Part shown: positions 18,011-30,189 of the stretch, in pieces | Numbering within the stretch: position 1 is the first letter of the stretch | Layout of the letters: each line of letters starts with the position of its first letter | NCBI GenBank assembly: GCA_963766735.1 | Contig: CAVYBU010000007.1 | Span: 288,001 to 352,000 of the forward strand | Length of the DNA stretch: 64,000 nt | Source: an uncultured Chloroflexia bacterium | GTDB taxonomy: Bacteria > Chloroflexota > Limnocylindria > Limnocylindrales > CSP1-4 | Direction: 5' to 3' | The notes under the pieces: model-generated | Databases searched by the model: none | Told to the model about the DNA's origin: nothing | Seen by the model: the letters and a program-made list of their open reading frames with translations, nothing else | Made by a program: the position numbers and the translations under genes

Positions 18011-19450
18011 GTGACCATCGGCATCCGTGCCCGGCTCGCGATCACCCTGGTCGCCCTGGTGGCCGTCACCGTGGCGGCGCTCGGGGTGGGCGTCTACGTG
18101 TTCGTCGACACCTCCCTGCGCGCTCGACTCCTCGCCGACGCCCGGCAGCAGGTGGACTACGACATCTCGGTCCTCATGCCCGGCGCCGACCCCCGGCCGA
18201 CGGACGCGCGGTCCTTCGCGGCGAGCGGCCTTCCGACGGCGTTCGCGCTCCGAGGAGCAGGCCGCGTGATCGCGGACTTCGGCGACGGATCGCCATACGA
18301 GCCCGGTGACCTGGCCGGGGCGTTGGGGCAGATCTCGCCCGAACTCACCGCGATCGTCAGGAGCGGCCAGCTCGGGTACGCGTGGCAGCCCCTCGGTGAC
18401 GCACCGGTCCTGGTCGTGGGTGGCAGACAGGGCGGTCCGCCGGAGCTGTACGTCGTCTTCTCGGCCGCCCCCATCGAGGATGCGCTCGCCCAGCTGCGGG
18501 TCGGACTCCTGGCGGGGTGGGCGGCCGCAATCGGGATGGCGCTCCTGGTTGCTGGGATCATTGCCCGGTGGCTGCTGCGGCCCGTGACGGCAGCTGCTCG
18601 CGCGGCGCGGCGGATCGCAGGCGGCGACCTCACGGCACGCGTGCCGGCGGGTGGCGCCGACGAGGTCGGGCGATGGGCGGCGGACTTCAACCGCATGGCC
18701 GACTCGCTCCAGGGGACGATCGCACGCCTTGAGTCGGCCCAACAGCACAACCAGCGATTCGTGGCGGACGTCGCCCACGAGCTGCGAACGCCGCTGACGG
18801 CCCTCGTGACCGAGGCGTCGCTGATCGTCGGTTCCCTCGGTGAGCTACCACCCGACGCGCGCAGGGCGGCTGAGTTGCTGGCCATCGACATCCGCCGGCT
18901 GCGGGTCCTGGTGGACGACCTGATGGAGATCTCACGCTTTGACTCCGAGGCGGAACGAACCAGCCTCGAGCCGGTTGACCTCGTGCGCGTCTTGACCGGA
19001 GCCGTAGCCGCACGCCTGCCGGAGGCGGCCGTCACGCTGCCGCCCACGCCGCTGGTGGTCGAATCGGAGCCCCGGCGGCTGGACCGCATCCTGGGGAACC
19101 TGCTCGACAACGCCCGGGATCACGCACCGGGCTCGCCGGTGGAGGTCGCTCTCGCGCGCACCCGCGAAGGGGCGGTGATCGTGGTGGCGGACCGCGGGCC
19201 CGGCGTCCGGGCCGACGCTCTCCCCCATCTGTTCGACCGGTTCTACAAGGCAGACCCGTCCCGTGCCGGGGGCACCTCCGGCCTCGGGCTGGCCATCGCC
19301 GCGGAACATGCCGCGCTCCTGGGGGGTTCGCTGCGCGCCCGCTCACGCCCGGGTGGCGGCCTGATGCTCACCCTCACGCTGCCCGTGACCGGATCGTTAC
19401 CAGCGGGTCATGCGGTCGACACGCGCCCTGCGGATGCTGTGGCCACATGA
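18011..19450 (+). CDS. HAMP-domain sensor histidine kinase (MtrB-like)
   Basis: Two TMs, HAMP, 'VAHELRTPL', 'NLLDNA', 'GLGLAI'. Confidence 0.93.
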   Translation: MTIGIRARLAITLVALVAVTVAALGVGVYVFVDTSLRARLLADARQQVDYDISVLMPGADPRPTDARSFAASGLPTAFALRGAGRVIADFGDGSPYEPGDLAGALGQISPELTAIVRSGQLGYAWQPLGDAPVLVVGGRQGGPPELYVVFSAAPIEDALAQLRVGLLAGWAAAIGMALLVAGIIARWLLRPVTAAARAARRIAGGDLTARVPAGGADEVGRWAADFNRMADSLQGTIARLESAQQHNQRFVADVAHELRTPLTALVTEASLIVGSLGELPPDARRAAELLAIDIRRLRVLVDDLMEISRFDSEAERTSLEPVDLVRVLTGAVAARLPEAAVTLPPTPLVVESEPRRLDRILGNLLDNARDHAPGSPVEVALARTREGAVIVVADRGPGVRADALPHLFDRFYKADPSRAGGTSGLGLAIAAEHAALLGGSLRARSRPGGGLMLTLTLPVTGSLPAGHAVDTRPADAVAT

Positions 19451-19472
19451 GATCCGCACCGAGGACCGGGCC

Positions 19473-20489
19473 GTGACCCCCGCCATTCGCGCCGCCGCAG
19501 CAGCCGCCCTCATGGCTGCCGTCGCCATCACGTGGGCCGCGTGCGCCCCGTCCACGGGCTCATTGGGCACGCCCGCCGCCCCCGTCGTCACGCAGACGCC
19601 CCCCGACGAGGCAAGCCCGTCCGACGTCGCGCCGGAAACGCCGCTGCCCAGCGCGTCGCCGACCACGGCTCCCAGCACGAACCCGACCGGATCCGGCGCG
19701 CCCGCCACGCCGAACCCGGCCGCGACACCGTCCGCCACCCCCACCGGGACCACGATCGTCCGCGCCTACTTCATGCTCGGCAGCTTCACCGACAATCCCG
19801 GGCTGGCTCCGGTGCTGCGAACCGTCCCGGAGACCCGGGCCGTGGCCAGGGCGGCGATGAACGCGCTCCTCGCGGGGCCGGAGGGCGCCGAGCTGGAGGC
19901 ATCGCCCGCCATGTACACCGCGATCCCGGATGGGACGCGGCTCCTGGGCCTGGCCATCAGTGACGGGATCGCCACGGTGGACCTGTCGAGCGAGTTCGAG
20001 TCCGGAGGTGGGTCGGCCTCAGCATTCACGCGGCTCGCGCAGGTCGTCTACACGCTCACGCAGTTCCCGTCCGTAGAGGAGGTCCTGTTCCGGATCGAGG
20101 ACGAACCGGTGACCGTGTTCAGCTCGGAGGGCATCGTCCTGGTCGGCCCCGTGGATCGCGCCGACTACCGCGACTCCCTGCCCGCGATCTTCGTGGACCG
20201 CCCGGCCTGGGGCGCCTCGGCCGGCAACCCGCTGAAGCTGAGTGGCCTGGCGAACGTGTTCGAGGCCCAGTTCCGCGTCCAGCTTCTGGACAAGACCGGG
20301 ACCCTCATCGCGGACAGGCCGGTCACGGCTTCGTGCGGCACGGGGTGCTGGGGGACGTTCAAGGCCGATGTCGTCTACGCGGTGGACAAGGCCCAGTACG
20401 GCACCCTGCGCGTGTTCGACCTCTCGCCCAGGGACGGCGCTCCCGAGAACGTCACCGAGTACAGGGTCTGGCTGACGCCCGCGCCCTGA
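19473..20489 (+). CDS. GerMN-domain lipoprotein with Gmad2-like C-terminal domain
   Basis: Lipobox WAAC, P/T-rich linker, 'ATVDLSSEF..GGGS...QVVYTLTQFP', 'GLANVFEA'. Confidence 0.8.
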   Translation: MTPAIRAAAAAALMAAVAITWAACAPSTGSLGTPAAPVVTQTPPDEASPSDVAPETPLPSASPTTAPSTNPTGSGAPATPNPAATPSATPTGTTIVRAYFMLGSFTDNPGLAPVLRTVPETRAVARAAMNALLAGPEGAELEASPAMYTAIPDGTRLLGLAISDGIATVDLSSEFESGGGSASAFTRLAQVVYTLTQFPSVEEVLFRIEDEPVTVFSSEGIVLVGPVDRADYRDSLPAIFVDRPAWGASAGNPLKLSGLANVFEAQFRVQLLDKTGTLIADRPVTASCGTGCWGTFKADVVYAVDKAQYGTLRVFDLSPRDGAPENVTEYRVWLTPAP

Positions 20490-20525
20490 GGTCCCACGGG
20501 CAGCGGCGTCAGCCCACGCGCGCGC

Positions 20526-21794
20526 TCACTCCTTGACGTACGGCGTCCCGTCTGCGGCGGGCATGCGTACCCGCCCCACGAGACCAGCGACCACGGCGAT
20601 CGTCGTGATGTACGGGATCATGCCCAGGAACTCCGAGGGCACCGCCGAGCCCAGGATCGAGAGCCGGCTCTGCAACGCGTCGGCGAAGCCGAACACGAGG
20701 CTGGCGAGGAACGCCCCGATGGGTGTCCAGCCGCCGAAGATCATCGCCGCCAGGCCGATGAAGCCGCGGCCGGCCGTCATGTCGCGCTCGAAGGTACCGG
20801 TGGATCCGATCGTGAAGTAGGCGCCACCGATGCCGGCGACCATGCCGCCCAGGATGACGTTCCGGTAGCGCGTGAACTGGACGTTGATGCCCACCGTGTC
20901 CGCCGCCCGCGGGTGCTCGCCCACGGCCCGGACCCGCAGACCGAACCGTGTGTAGAACAGCACGAAATGGATGAGGCCGACCAGCACGAACAGCGCGTAC
21001 ACGAAGAAGCTGCCCGAGAAGAAGATCGGCCCGATGATCGGGATGTCCGACAGCACCGGGATCACGATCGGCTCGAAACGCGGCGGGATATTGAGCTCTT
21101 TGTTCTGCGACAGGACGCGGGTGGACAGGAACGCCGTGATCCCGGCAGCGAAGATGTTGATCACGGTGCCGGCGATGATCTGGTTGACGCGATACCGGAT
21201 CGCCAGGACGGCCAGCACCGCAGCCAGCAGCCCCCCGGTGATGGTGGCACCGATCAGGCCGGCCCAGGTGCTGCCGGTCATGCTCGCGACGACGGCCGCC
21301 ACGAAGGCTCCCGAGAGGAGCATGCCCTCGATCGCGATGTTCACCACGCCTGATCGCTCGCAGAGAACGCCCGACAGCGCGGCGAAGGTGATCGGGACCG
21401 CCCGGTAGAGCGTCGTCTGGAAGACGCCGACCAGGCTCATGGACTTCCCGGCCGCGGTCCAGGTCAGGAACCCGAATATGAACGCGATGAGCGCGATGGA
21501 GAGCAGGACCGCCCACTTGGCGCCCACGGCCCTGGTCAGCTGGAGTGCGCCGCAGAACACCGCGACGCCCGCCATGAGGTAGATGACGGGTGTCGACGGG
21601 AGCACGAGGTCCGGCAGCCTGATCGCCGGCGCGGAGCCCAGGTTGAGGGTGAACTTCGTCTCGGTCCCCGGCTCGATGCCCGAGCCGAAGACGAGGACCA
21701 GCAGCGCCGCGAGGCCGAAGTAGAACGCGGCCAGGACGATTGCCCGGCGACTGACCGTCCTGGGAGCGGGCATCACGGCGGTCGTGGTGCTCAT
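20526..21794 (-). CDS. Nucleoside/sugar ABC transporter permease
   Basis: 'ERSGVVNIAIEG', 'RAVGEHP.AADTVGINV', 'GRGFIGLAAMIFG'. Confidence 0.9.
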   Translation of the reverse strand: MSTTTAVMPAPRTVSRRAIVLAAFYFGLAALLVLVFGSGIEPGTETKFTLNLGSAPAIRLPDLVLPSTPVIYLMAGVAVFCGALQLTRAVGAKWAVLLSIALIAFIFGFLTWTAAGKSMSLVGVFQTTLYRAVPITFAALSGVLCERSGVVNIAIEGMLLSGAFVAAVVASMTGSTWAGLIGATITGGLLAAVLAVLAIRYRVNQIIAGTVINIFAAGITAFLSTRVLSQNKELNIPPRFEPIVIPVLSDIPIIGPIFFSGSFFVYALFVLVGLIHFVLFYTRFGLRVRAVGEHPRAADTVGINVQFTRYRNVILGGMVAGIGGAYFTIGSTGTFERDMTAGRGFIGLAAMIFGGWTPIGAFLASLVFGFADALQSRLSILGSAVPSEFLGMIPYITTIAVVAGLVGRVRMPAADGTPYVKE

Positions 21795-23061
21795 GCCCGC
21801 CACCCCTGCGCGAGGATCTCGGTGCCCGTCGTGCGCGCGGCCTTGATGCGGTAGATCTGACGGATCAGCGCGGGCGCCGCGACGAACATGATCACGAGCG
21901 CCTGGATGACGACCACGAGGTCGATCGGGATGCCGGTCGCCGCCTGCATCGGCGTGGCCCCGGCGCGCAGCGCCCCGAACAGCAGCGCGGCAAGGACGAC
22001 GCCCAGCGGCGACGAGCCGCCGAGCAGGGCGATTGCGATCCCATCGAAGCCGTAGCCCGGCGAGAAGCCCGGGGTCATGGCCTTGTTGACGCCGATGATC
22101 TCGGTCGTGCCCGCCAGCCCGGCAAGCCCGCCACAGATCGACATCGTGAGGATGAGGGTCCGCGAGATGTTCATGCCGGCGTACCGCGCACCCGACGGGT
22201 TCAGCCCCACGGCACGGAATTCGAAGCCCAGCGTGGACCGGAACAGGAGCCATGAGACGAACGCGGCGGCGAGCAGGGCGAGCACGAACCCCCAGTTGAC
22301 CCGCAGCCCCTCGATGAGCGGCGGGATCATCGCCGACCCGTCGACGATCGGCGAGACGGGGTCACTGCGGCCAGGCCTCTGATAGAAGGGCTGCCGGAGC
22401 ACCCATGTCACGAGCAGGTACGCCACGTAGTTGAGCATGATCGTGACGATCACCTCGTGGGCACCCGTGCGCGCCTTGAGGAGGCCGGGGATGAAGCCCC
22501 ACAGGGCGCCTCCCAGGAAGCCGGCGGCGATCGTGATGGGCAGGTGCACGAACCACGGGAGCCCGTGAAGCGAGAAGCCGACGAAGGTGGCGACGATCGC
22601 GCCGAGGTACAGCTGGCCCTCGGCCCCGATGTTGAACAGGCCGCTGCGGAAGCCGAGGGCGACGGCGAGGCCGGTGAAGATGAGCGGCGTCGCCGCGAGG
22701 ATTGTCTCGCTGATCGGCCGGAACGCGAGCTTGATCTGGTCGATGTCGCCGGACGTGAACGCCTCGATGTAGTCGCGCGGGCTCCCGATAGCGCCCGCGA
22801 TCAGCGCCCCGTAGCCCTCGAGGACGGCGCGGATGGATGCCCCGGCCGCCTTGACCGGGTTGGTCGTCCACATCTCCAGGAGGACCGGATCCGACAGCAC
22901 GATGATGAACGCGCCGATGAGCATCGCCGTGAACACCGCCAGGAACGGCAACACGATGCGGCCGGGCAGGCGGCGGATCCAGCCGGGCTCGGCGGGCTCG
23001 GCGGGCTCCACGGGCTCGGCGGGCTCCACGGGCTCGGCGGGGGTGGGAACGCTTGCGTCGC

Positions 23062-23065
<4 letters not shown>
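21791..23065 (-). CDS. Nucleoside/sugar ABC transporter permease
   Basis: 'GLFNIGAEGQ', 'HEVIVTIMLNY', 'GFDGIAIALLG'. Confidence 0.9.
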
Positions 23066-24654
<1,589 letters not shown>

Positions 24655-24734
24655 GTGTGCCTCAGCTGTGCCTGGTTATGGACGGGCGGCGCCTGACGTG
24701 AGCGCCGCCCGTACCCTACGGTCGATGGATGCGA

Positions 24735-25865
24735 CTACTTCTTTGCGTAGTAGTCCGCCGGCTTCACCTCGCCGGAGATGATCTTCGCCTTCAGGGCATC
24801 GACGCCGTCCTTCAGCTCCTGCGAGACCGCGGAGTCGAAGGTGTTGTACGGGCCAATGTCCACGCCGCCGTTGGCGAGCGTGCTGACGAACAGGGCCTGG
24901 GGGGCCTCGCCCTTGACCGCGCGATCGATAGCCGCCGTGACGGAGACGTCGATCTTCTTGAGGACGCTGGTCAGGAGGATGTCGCAGTACTGCGGCGCGG
25001 ACACGCACCAGTCGACATCGACGCCGATGCCGTAGTCCTGGGCCGGAGACTCCTGGAGCGCCGTGTAGGCGCCGCCGCCGATCGGGCCGCCGACGGGCAG
25101 GATGACGTCAGCGCCTTCCTGGAGCATCGGGACGGTCAGGGCCTTGGCGTTGTCAAGCGAGTCGAAGTCACCCGTGAACGAGCCCTCGCCCTTGACGGGA
25201 TCCCAGCCGAGCACGCTGACGCTCGTGCCCATCGCCTCGTTGTAGTAGTTGGCGCCGGCCACGAAGCCGCTCATGAAGTCGGTCACGCCGCCGCCGATGT
25301 TGATGCCGCCGAAGGTGCCCATGATCCCGGACTTTGACATCCCGGCCGACACGTATCCGACGAGCATCGCCGCTTCACTGGTCGTGTAGACGAGGCCCTC
25401 GACGTTCGGGATCGCCGGGTCGTAGGCGTAGTCGACGATCGCGAACCGGATGCCCGGGTTGGCCTCGGCAGCGGCCTTCGTGGCATCGCCGAGCAGGAAC
25501 CCGACGGTCACGATCATGTCGCACTTTTCAGTGACGAACTGGTTGATGTTCTTCTCGTAGTCGGTCGCGGCTCGCGACTCGAGGAACTTGACCTCGATGC
25601 CGAGCTGCGCCTGGGCATCTTCCATGCCCTTCCAGGCGTTCTCGTTGAAGCTGTTGTCGTCGATGCCGCCGACGTCGCTGACCATGCAGGCCTTGAAGGC
25701 GATCGGCTCAGCGGTCGGCGCGGGGGTGGCGGGCTCGGGGGTGGCGGGCGCCGCCGTGGCAGGGGCGGCGGTGACCGGAGCCGTGGTCGCGGTGGAGCCG
25801 CCACAGGCGGCAAAGATGAACGACGCGGCACCCACAAGGGCGACGAGTCGAGTGCTGGTCCGCAA
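24735..25865 (-). CDS. BMP-family ABC substrate-binding lipoprotein
   Basis: Lipobox FAAC; 'DVGGIDDNSFNE', 'IGVDVD', 'TSVLK'; GAGGAGG RBS before TTG. Confidence 0.9.
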   Translation of the reverse strand: MRTSTRLVALVGAASFIFAACGGSTATTAPVTAAPATAAPATPEPATPAPTAEPIAFKACMVSDVGGIDDNSFNENAWKGMEDAQAQLGIEVKFLESRAATDYEKNINQFVTEKCDMIVTVGFLLGDATKAAAEANPGIRFAIVDYAYDPAIPNVEGLVYTTSEAAMLVGYVSAGMSKSGIMGTFGGINIGGGVTDFMSGFVAGANYYNEAMGTSVSVLGWDPVKGEGSFTGDFDSLDNAKALTVPMLQEGADVILPVGGPIGGGAYTALQESPAQDYGIGVDVDWCVSAPQYCDILLTSVLKKIDVSVTAAIDRAVKGEAPQALFVSTLANGGVDIGPYNTFDSAVSQELKDGVDALKAKIISGEVKPADYYAKK

Positions 25866-26181
25866 GGTATCTTCCTCCTCGTTGTCCCGGCACCGGAGCG
25901 CGATGCTCATGGTCGCCGAGAACATCCTGACGCATCACTGGCGCCAACAGACGCCGCTCGTCACGGAACGCGTGCGGCCACATCGCGACCGACAGCCGGG
26001 CGGCTGACTGCGAGAATAGCGCACCGGGACTCGTCCGTTAGTGCCCGACGGACCATCCGACCTGGTCTGTCGGCACGGGCCAGGCCTCGCCGCCACGGCA
26101 CCACGACGTTCCCACTGCGGCCACCCCTCTGGGCCCTCGCTGGCGAACCGAAGAAAGTCGCTCGCGGGTCCGTCCCGGCCC

Positions 26182-26454
26182 CTAGCCGATGACGAACGCC
26201 GCAACCACGCAGACGACCCCGGCGATCACGATCAGCCCGCCGGTCTGCGCCTTGCGGCGGAACATCTGCATCGCGACGGACGATCCGGTCTTGGGATCCG
26301 TGCGCGGCCCGCCGCGCCAGGCCTCGTAGCGGGCCACGTTGGCGTCCTGCTCGCGCAGGGCCATGTAGCGGCGATACGGATCGCGGGCACGAACCACGCC
26401 AAGGACGATCAGGGCGACCCCCACGAGCAGGAGCAGCAACCCGGCCAGGCTCAT
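26182..26454 (-). CDS. Hypothetical two-TM membrane protein
   Basis: GGAG RBS; terminal hydrophobic helices; directly follows gatB. Confidence 0.65.
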   Translation of the reverse strand: MSLAGLLLLLVGVALIVLGVVRARDPYRRYMALREQDANVARYEAWRGGPRTDPKTGSSVAMQMFRRKAQTGGLIVIAGVVCVVAAFVIG

Positions 26455-26458
26455 CGCG

Positions 26459-27955
26459 TCACCCTCCCGTCTCGAGGCGCTCGCGGACCAGCGTGGTGAC
26501 ACGAGCCGCGTCCGCCGCCCCGCCCGTGGCCTTCATCACCTGCCCGACGAAGAAGCCGGCGACAGGCTTGCCGGCCCGATAGTCCGCAACGGCCTTCGGG
26601 TTCGCGGCAATGACCGCGTCGATGTGCCCCAGAAGCGAGACATCGTCCGAGATCGGCCCGGGCCCTGCTGACGCAAGCAGATCGTCCGCGGCCGTCCCTT
26701 CCGCCAGGTGTCGGTCCAGGAGGTCCCGGCCAGTCGTCCGCGCAACCTGGCCGGACGCGATCGCGGAGATGAGGTCGGCAATGCCCGCAGGCGTGGACGA
26801 GCCCGCCGTCCCGGCCGCGTTGAGCCCGCCATCCTTCGCGGCCCGCGCGTGGACGCCCGTGACGAAGTGCGCAACCTCCTTCGCCGGCGCCTTTCCCGCG
26901 GTCGAGATCGCCTCGAACGACGTCGTCATCGCCGGGTCCGCGACGATGACCGCGGCGTCGTAGGTCCCCAGGCCCAGGGCGACGTACCGCGCGCGACGAG
27001 CGGCCGGCAGCTCCGGCAGGGCGGCACGGATGCCGTCGATCCAGGACGCGTCCACGTGGAGCGGCGGCAGGTCCGGCTCCGGGAAGTACCGGTAGTCGTC
27101 GGAGGTCTCCTTGGCGCGCATCCGGTACGTGGCCTGCCGGCCGTCGTCCCAGCCGCGGGTCTCCATGACCAGCGGCTCACCGGCGTCCAGCGCCGCGGCC
27201 TGCCGCTCGATCTCGAACGCGATCGCCCGCTCCACCGCCCGGAACGAGTTCATGTTCTTGACCTCGACCCGCGTCCCGAACGGCTCCGTCCCGCGGGGCC
27301 GCAGCGAGACGTTCGCCTCGACCCGCATCTGGCCCCGCTCCATGTCCGCGTCGCTGACCCCGATCGCGCGGAGCAGCAGCTGCAGCTCCTCGGCGTAGCG
27401 GCGGGCCTGCTCGGCCGTCCGGATCTCGGGCTCCGTGACGATCTCCATGAGCGGCGCCCCGGCGCGGTTGAAGTCCACCAGCGTCGTCCGCTCGCCCGAT
27501 GCGCCGGCGGTGTCACCGTGCAGAAGCTTCGCCGTGTCCTCCTCGAGGTGCGCGCGCGTGATCGCCACGGTGAATGGACCGGCCGACGTCTCGATCGCAA
27601 GGCGCCCCGCCGCCGCCAGTGGGATGGCGTACTGGCTGATCTGGTAGCCCTTCGGGAGGTCCGGGTAGAAGTAGTTCTTGCGCTCCCACTGGGTGCGCTC
27701 CGGGATCGTTGCCTCGATGGCCAGGCCGGTCGCGATGACGAACTCCACCGCGCGCCGGTTGATGACCGGCAGCGTCCCGGGCAGGGCCAGGCACACGGGG
27801 CAGGCGTGGGTGTTCGGTGCTGCGTCCGCGTAGGCCGTGGAGCAGCCGCAGAACATCTTGGACGCGGTCCGCAGCTGGCAGTGGATCTCGATGCCGATGA
27901 CGGCCTCGTAGCGCTCCATCACGCCCGCGACGCGATCGGCGGTCGCGGTCGTCAC
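26459..27955 (-). CDS. gatB: Asp/Glu-tRNA amidotransferase subunit B
   Basis: 'IGIEIHCQL', 'RKNYFYPDLPKGYQISQ', 'DYRYFPEPDL'. Confidence 0.97.
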   Translation of the reverse strand: MTTATADRVAGVMERYEAVIGIEIHCQLRTASKMFCGCSTAYADAAPNTHACPVCLALPGTLPVINRRAVEFVIATGLAIEATIPERTQWERKNYFYPDLPKGYQISQYAIPLAAAGRLAIETSAGPFTVAITRAHLEEDTAKLLHGDTAGASGERTTLVDFNRAGAPLMEIVTEPEIRTAEQARRYAEELQLLLRAIGVSDADMERGQMRVEANVSLRPRGTEPFGTRVEVKNMNSFRAVERAIAFEIERQAAALDAGEPLVMETRGWDDGRQATYRMRAKETSDDYRYFPEPDLPPLHVDASWIDGIRAALPELPAARRARYVALGLGTYDAAVIVADPAMTTSFEAISTAGKAPAKEVAHFVTGVHARAAKDGGLNAAGTAGSSTPAGIADLISAIASGQVARTTGRDLLDRHLAEGTAADDLLASAGPGPISDDVSLLGHIDAVIAANPKAVADYRAGKPVAGFFVGQVMKATGGAADAARVTTLVRERLETGG

Positions 27956-28302
27956 GCCGTCACCGTCATGCCGGCGGTCACCAGGTACAGCCCGTACATC
28001 GCCACCCCGAGCCAGAGCAGGGACAGCCCGGCGTGGCGGATGGCAAATCGCACCCGCGCGCGCTCGTGGACAGGTTGGGAGGCCTCGACCAGGGTCCGCG
28101 TCGCGTCGCCCTCGCGAACGAACGGCAGCAGCGCCGACCGGGCGGCCAGATACCCACGCCAGGACCCGTAGGCGGCGGCAAACGCGCCGGACAGCAGGAG
28201 GATTGCGCCGATCATCGCGGGCCAGTTTCGCACAAGCGGACCGCCGACCCGGTCCCGCCGCGCGACCGCGCTACCCGTCGCCGGGGTGTTCCCCCCGGAC
28301 AC
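27952..28302 (-). CDS. Hypothetical membrane protein; start uncertain
   Basis: Two hydrophobic segments; stop overlaps the gatB start. Confidence 0.55.
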   Translation of the reverse strand: MSGGNTPATGSAVARRDRVGGPLVRNWPAMIGAILLLSGAFAAAYGSWRGYLAARSALLPFVREGDATRTLVEASQPVHERARVRFAIRHAGLSLLWLGVAMYGLYLVTAGMTVTA

Positions 28303-28678
28303 CGGCGATCGCCTCCTGGATGGCCTCGTGCAGGCGCGCTCCCGTTGGCTGGCCCTGGAGCTCCACCACGCCCGGGTCCGCCGAGGGCTCCCAGGAATAG
28401 CCGGGGCCCGAGACCGTGAGCACGATCGGCACCGTCGGGTGGATCTGGCGCAGTCCCGCGATCAGCTCCGCGGACCCGTCGATATCGCCGCTGGCCCACG
28501 CGTCGTAGACCATCACGTCGACCTCCTCGGCGAGGCCGCACTTCTGGCCGTTGAAGATCGGGCAGGAGTTGGCGGTCGGCCCGCTGCACTGCTCAACCTC
28601 GTAGCCGAGGCGGCGCAGGGAGTCGACCTCCTGGTCAGCGAGGTCGATGTCGTGGTGGACAACGAGCGCTCGGGTCAC
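28271..28678 (-). CDS. Degenerate receiver-like protein with Cys motif
   Basis: GGAGG RBS; 'RALVVHHD...LRRLGYEVEQCSGP...CP...C...DVMVYD'. Confidence 0.6.
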   Translation of the reverse strand: MTRALVVHHDIDLADQEVDSLRRLGYEVEQCSGPTANSCPIFNGQKCGLAEEVDVMVYDAWASGDIDGSAELIAGLRQIHPTVPIVLTVSGPGYSWEPSADPGVVELQGQPTGARLHEAIQEAIAGVRGEHPGDG

Positions 28679-28840
28679 GGCGTACCTCCATCGACCCCGG
28701 GGACGCAGGCCCGAACGGGGGCTGCTCCGGATCGGCCGATGGTGCACGCGGTCCGGTCCCTGCGGAAGGGGCAAAGGTCACATCGCCCGACGTGGCGTGG
28801 GCGAGGGCGTGGGCGTGGGCAGCGCCGGCCATCCACGCGA

Positions 28841-30043
28841 TCAGGCAGTCCGGACCTGCGCCACGAAGCGCTCGATGCGGACCAGCGCCTCCTCGATCTT
28901 CTCGTAGGCCGTGGCGTAGCACATGCGGACGTGACCCTCGCCGGACGGGCCGAACGCGGACCCGGGCACCACGGCCACCCGCTCCTCGCGCAGGAGCCGC
29001 TCCGCGAACTCGTCCGACGAGAGGCCCGTGGACGTGATCTGCGGGAAGGCGTAGAAGGCACCGCGCGGCTCGAAGGTGGGCAGGCCGATGCGATTGAGCC
29101 CGTCCACCAGGAGACGCCGGCGGCGGTCGTACTCGGCGACCATCGCCTGCACCGCGGGCTCCCCGCCCTGGAGCGCGGCGAGCGCGGCGTCCTGGGCCAC
29201 TGTGGGGGCGGACATGATCCCGTACTGGTGGACCTTGACGATCCCCTCGAGGATCGCTGCCGGGGCGCACATCCAGCCCACTCGCCAGCCCGTCATCGCG
29301 TACGCCTTGGAGAAGCCGCCCATGAGGATCGTCCGATCCCGCATGCCGGGCAGCGAGCTGAACGCGCGGTGGCGGTAGGTACCGTAGGCGAGGCGGTCAT
29401 AGATCTCGTCGCTGTAGACGAGGAGGTCGTGATCGCGCGCGATGCGGGCCAGCTCATCCTGCACGGCATCGTCAAGGACGGCGCCTGTCGGGTTGGCCGG
29501 GTAACCCAGGAACAGGGCCTTGGTGCGCGGCGTGATGGCGGCTTCCACGGCCACGGGATCCAGGGCGAAGTCGTCCTCGAAGCGGGTCGCGACCGGGACG
29601 ACGGTGCCGCCCGCGAAGACGACAGCCGGGACATAGGCCACGTACGACGGCTCGTGAAGGATGATCTCGTCGCCTGGGTCGCAGGTGGCGCGCAGCGCCA
29701 GGTCCACCGCCTCGGAGGCGCCGACCGTGATCAGGATCTCCGTGTTCGGGTCGTAGCCGACGCCGTACAGCTCCTCCAGGTGCGCCGACAACGTGCGACG
29801 GAGCTCGATGGTCCCGTAGTTGGACGTGTAGTGCGTCCGGCCCTCGCGCAGGCTCTCGACGCCCGCCTCCACGATCTCCCGCGGCGTGTCGAAATCGGGC
29901 TCCCCCACCCCGAGACTGATGACGTCGGTCATCGTGGCCAGGATGTCGAAGAAGCGGCGGATGCCGGACGGAGGAACGTCGATCACGCGCTGCGCGAGCG
30001 CACGCTCGGCCAGTGGAGCTCGGGCCGCGGGGTCTGTGGTCAT
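28841..30043 (-). CDS. PLP-dependent aminotransferase class I/II
   Basis: 'SLGVGEPDF', 'NPTG', 'SDEIY', 'GFSKAYAMTGWRVG'. Confidence 0.93.
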   Translation of the reverse strand: MTTDPAARAPLAERALAQRVIDVPPSGIRRFFDILATMTDVISLGVGEPDFDTPREIVEAGVESLREGRTHYTSNYGTIELRRTLSAHLEELYGVGYDPNTEILITVGASEAVDLALRATCDPGDEIILHEPSYVAYVPAVVFAGGTVVPVATRFEDDFALDPVAVEAAITPRTKALFLGYPANPTGAVLDDAVQDELARIARDHDLLVYSDEIYDRLAYGTYRHRAFSSLPGMRDRTILMGGFSKAYAMTGWRVGWMCAPAAILEGIVKVHQYGIMSAPTVAQDAALAALQGGEPAVQAMVAEYDRRRRLLVDGLNRIGLPTFEPRGAFYAFPQITSTGLSSDEFAERLLREERVAVVPGSAFGPSGEGHVRMCYATAYEKIEEALVRIERFVAQVRTA

Positions 30044-30189
30044 GCCGCGAAGGGTACGGCATCGCCCGCGTCGCGGACGTAAGGGCCGGGATCGCCCACT
30101 GTCGGCCCCAGCCCGGTTCGACCAGATCCGGCCCGCGTCCGGCCCGGCCCCGATCGACCCGACCCGGCTGGCGTGGTGCCCCGTTCGCC

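Noticed and set aside
22985-23042. 9-bp tandem repeats
   Set aside because: Encode a PAE/PVE low-complexity N-terminal linker of the permease
28793-28820. GGCGTG hexamer repeats
   Set aside because: Short GC-rich microsatellite-like run with no supported function
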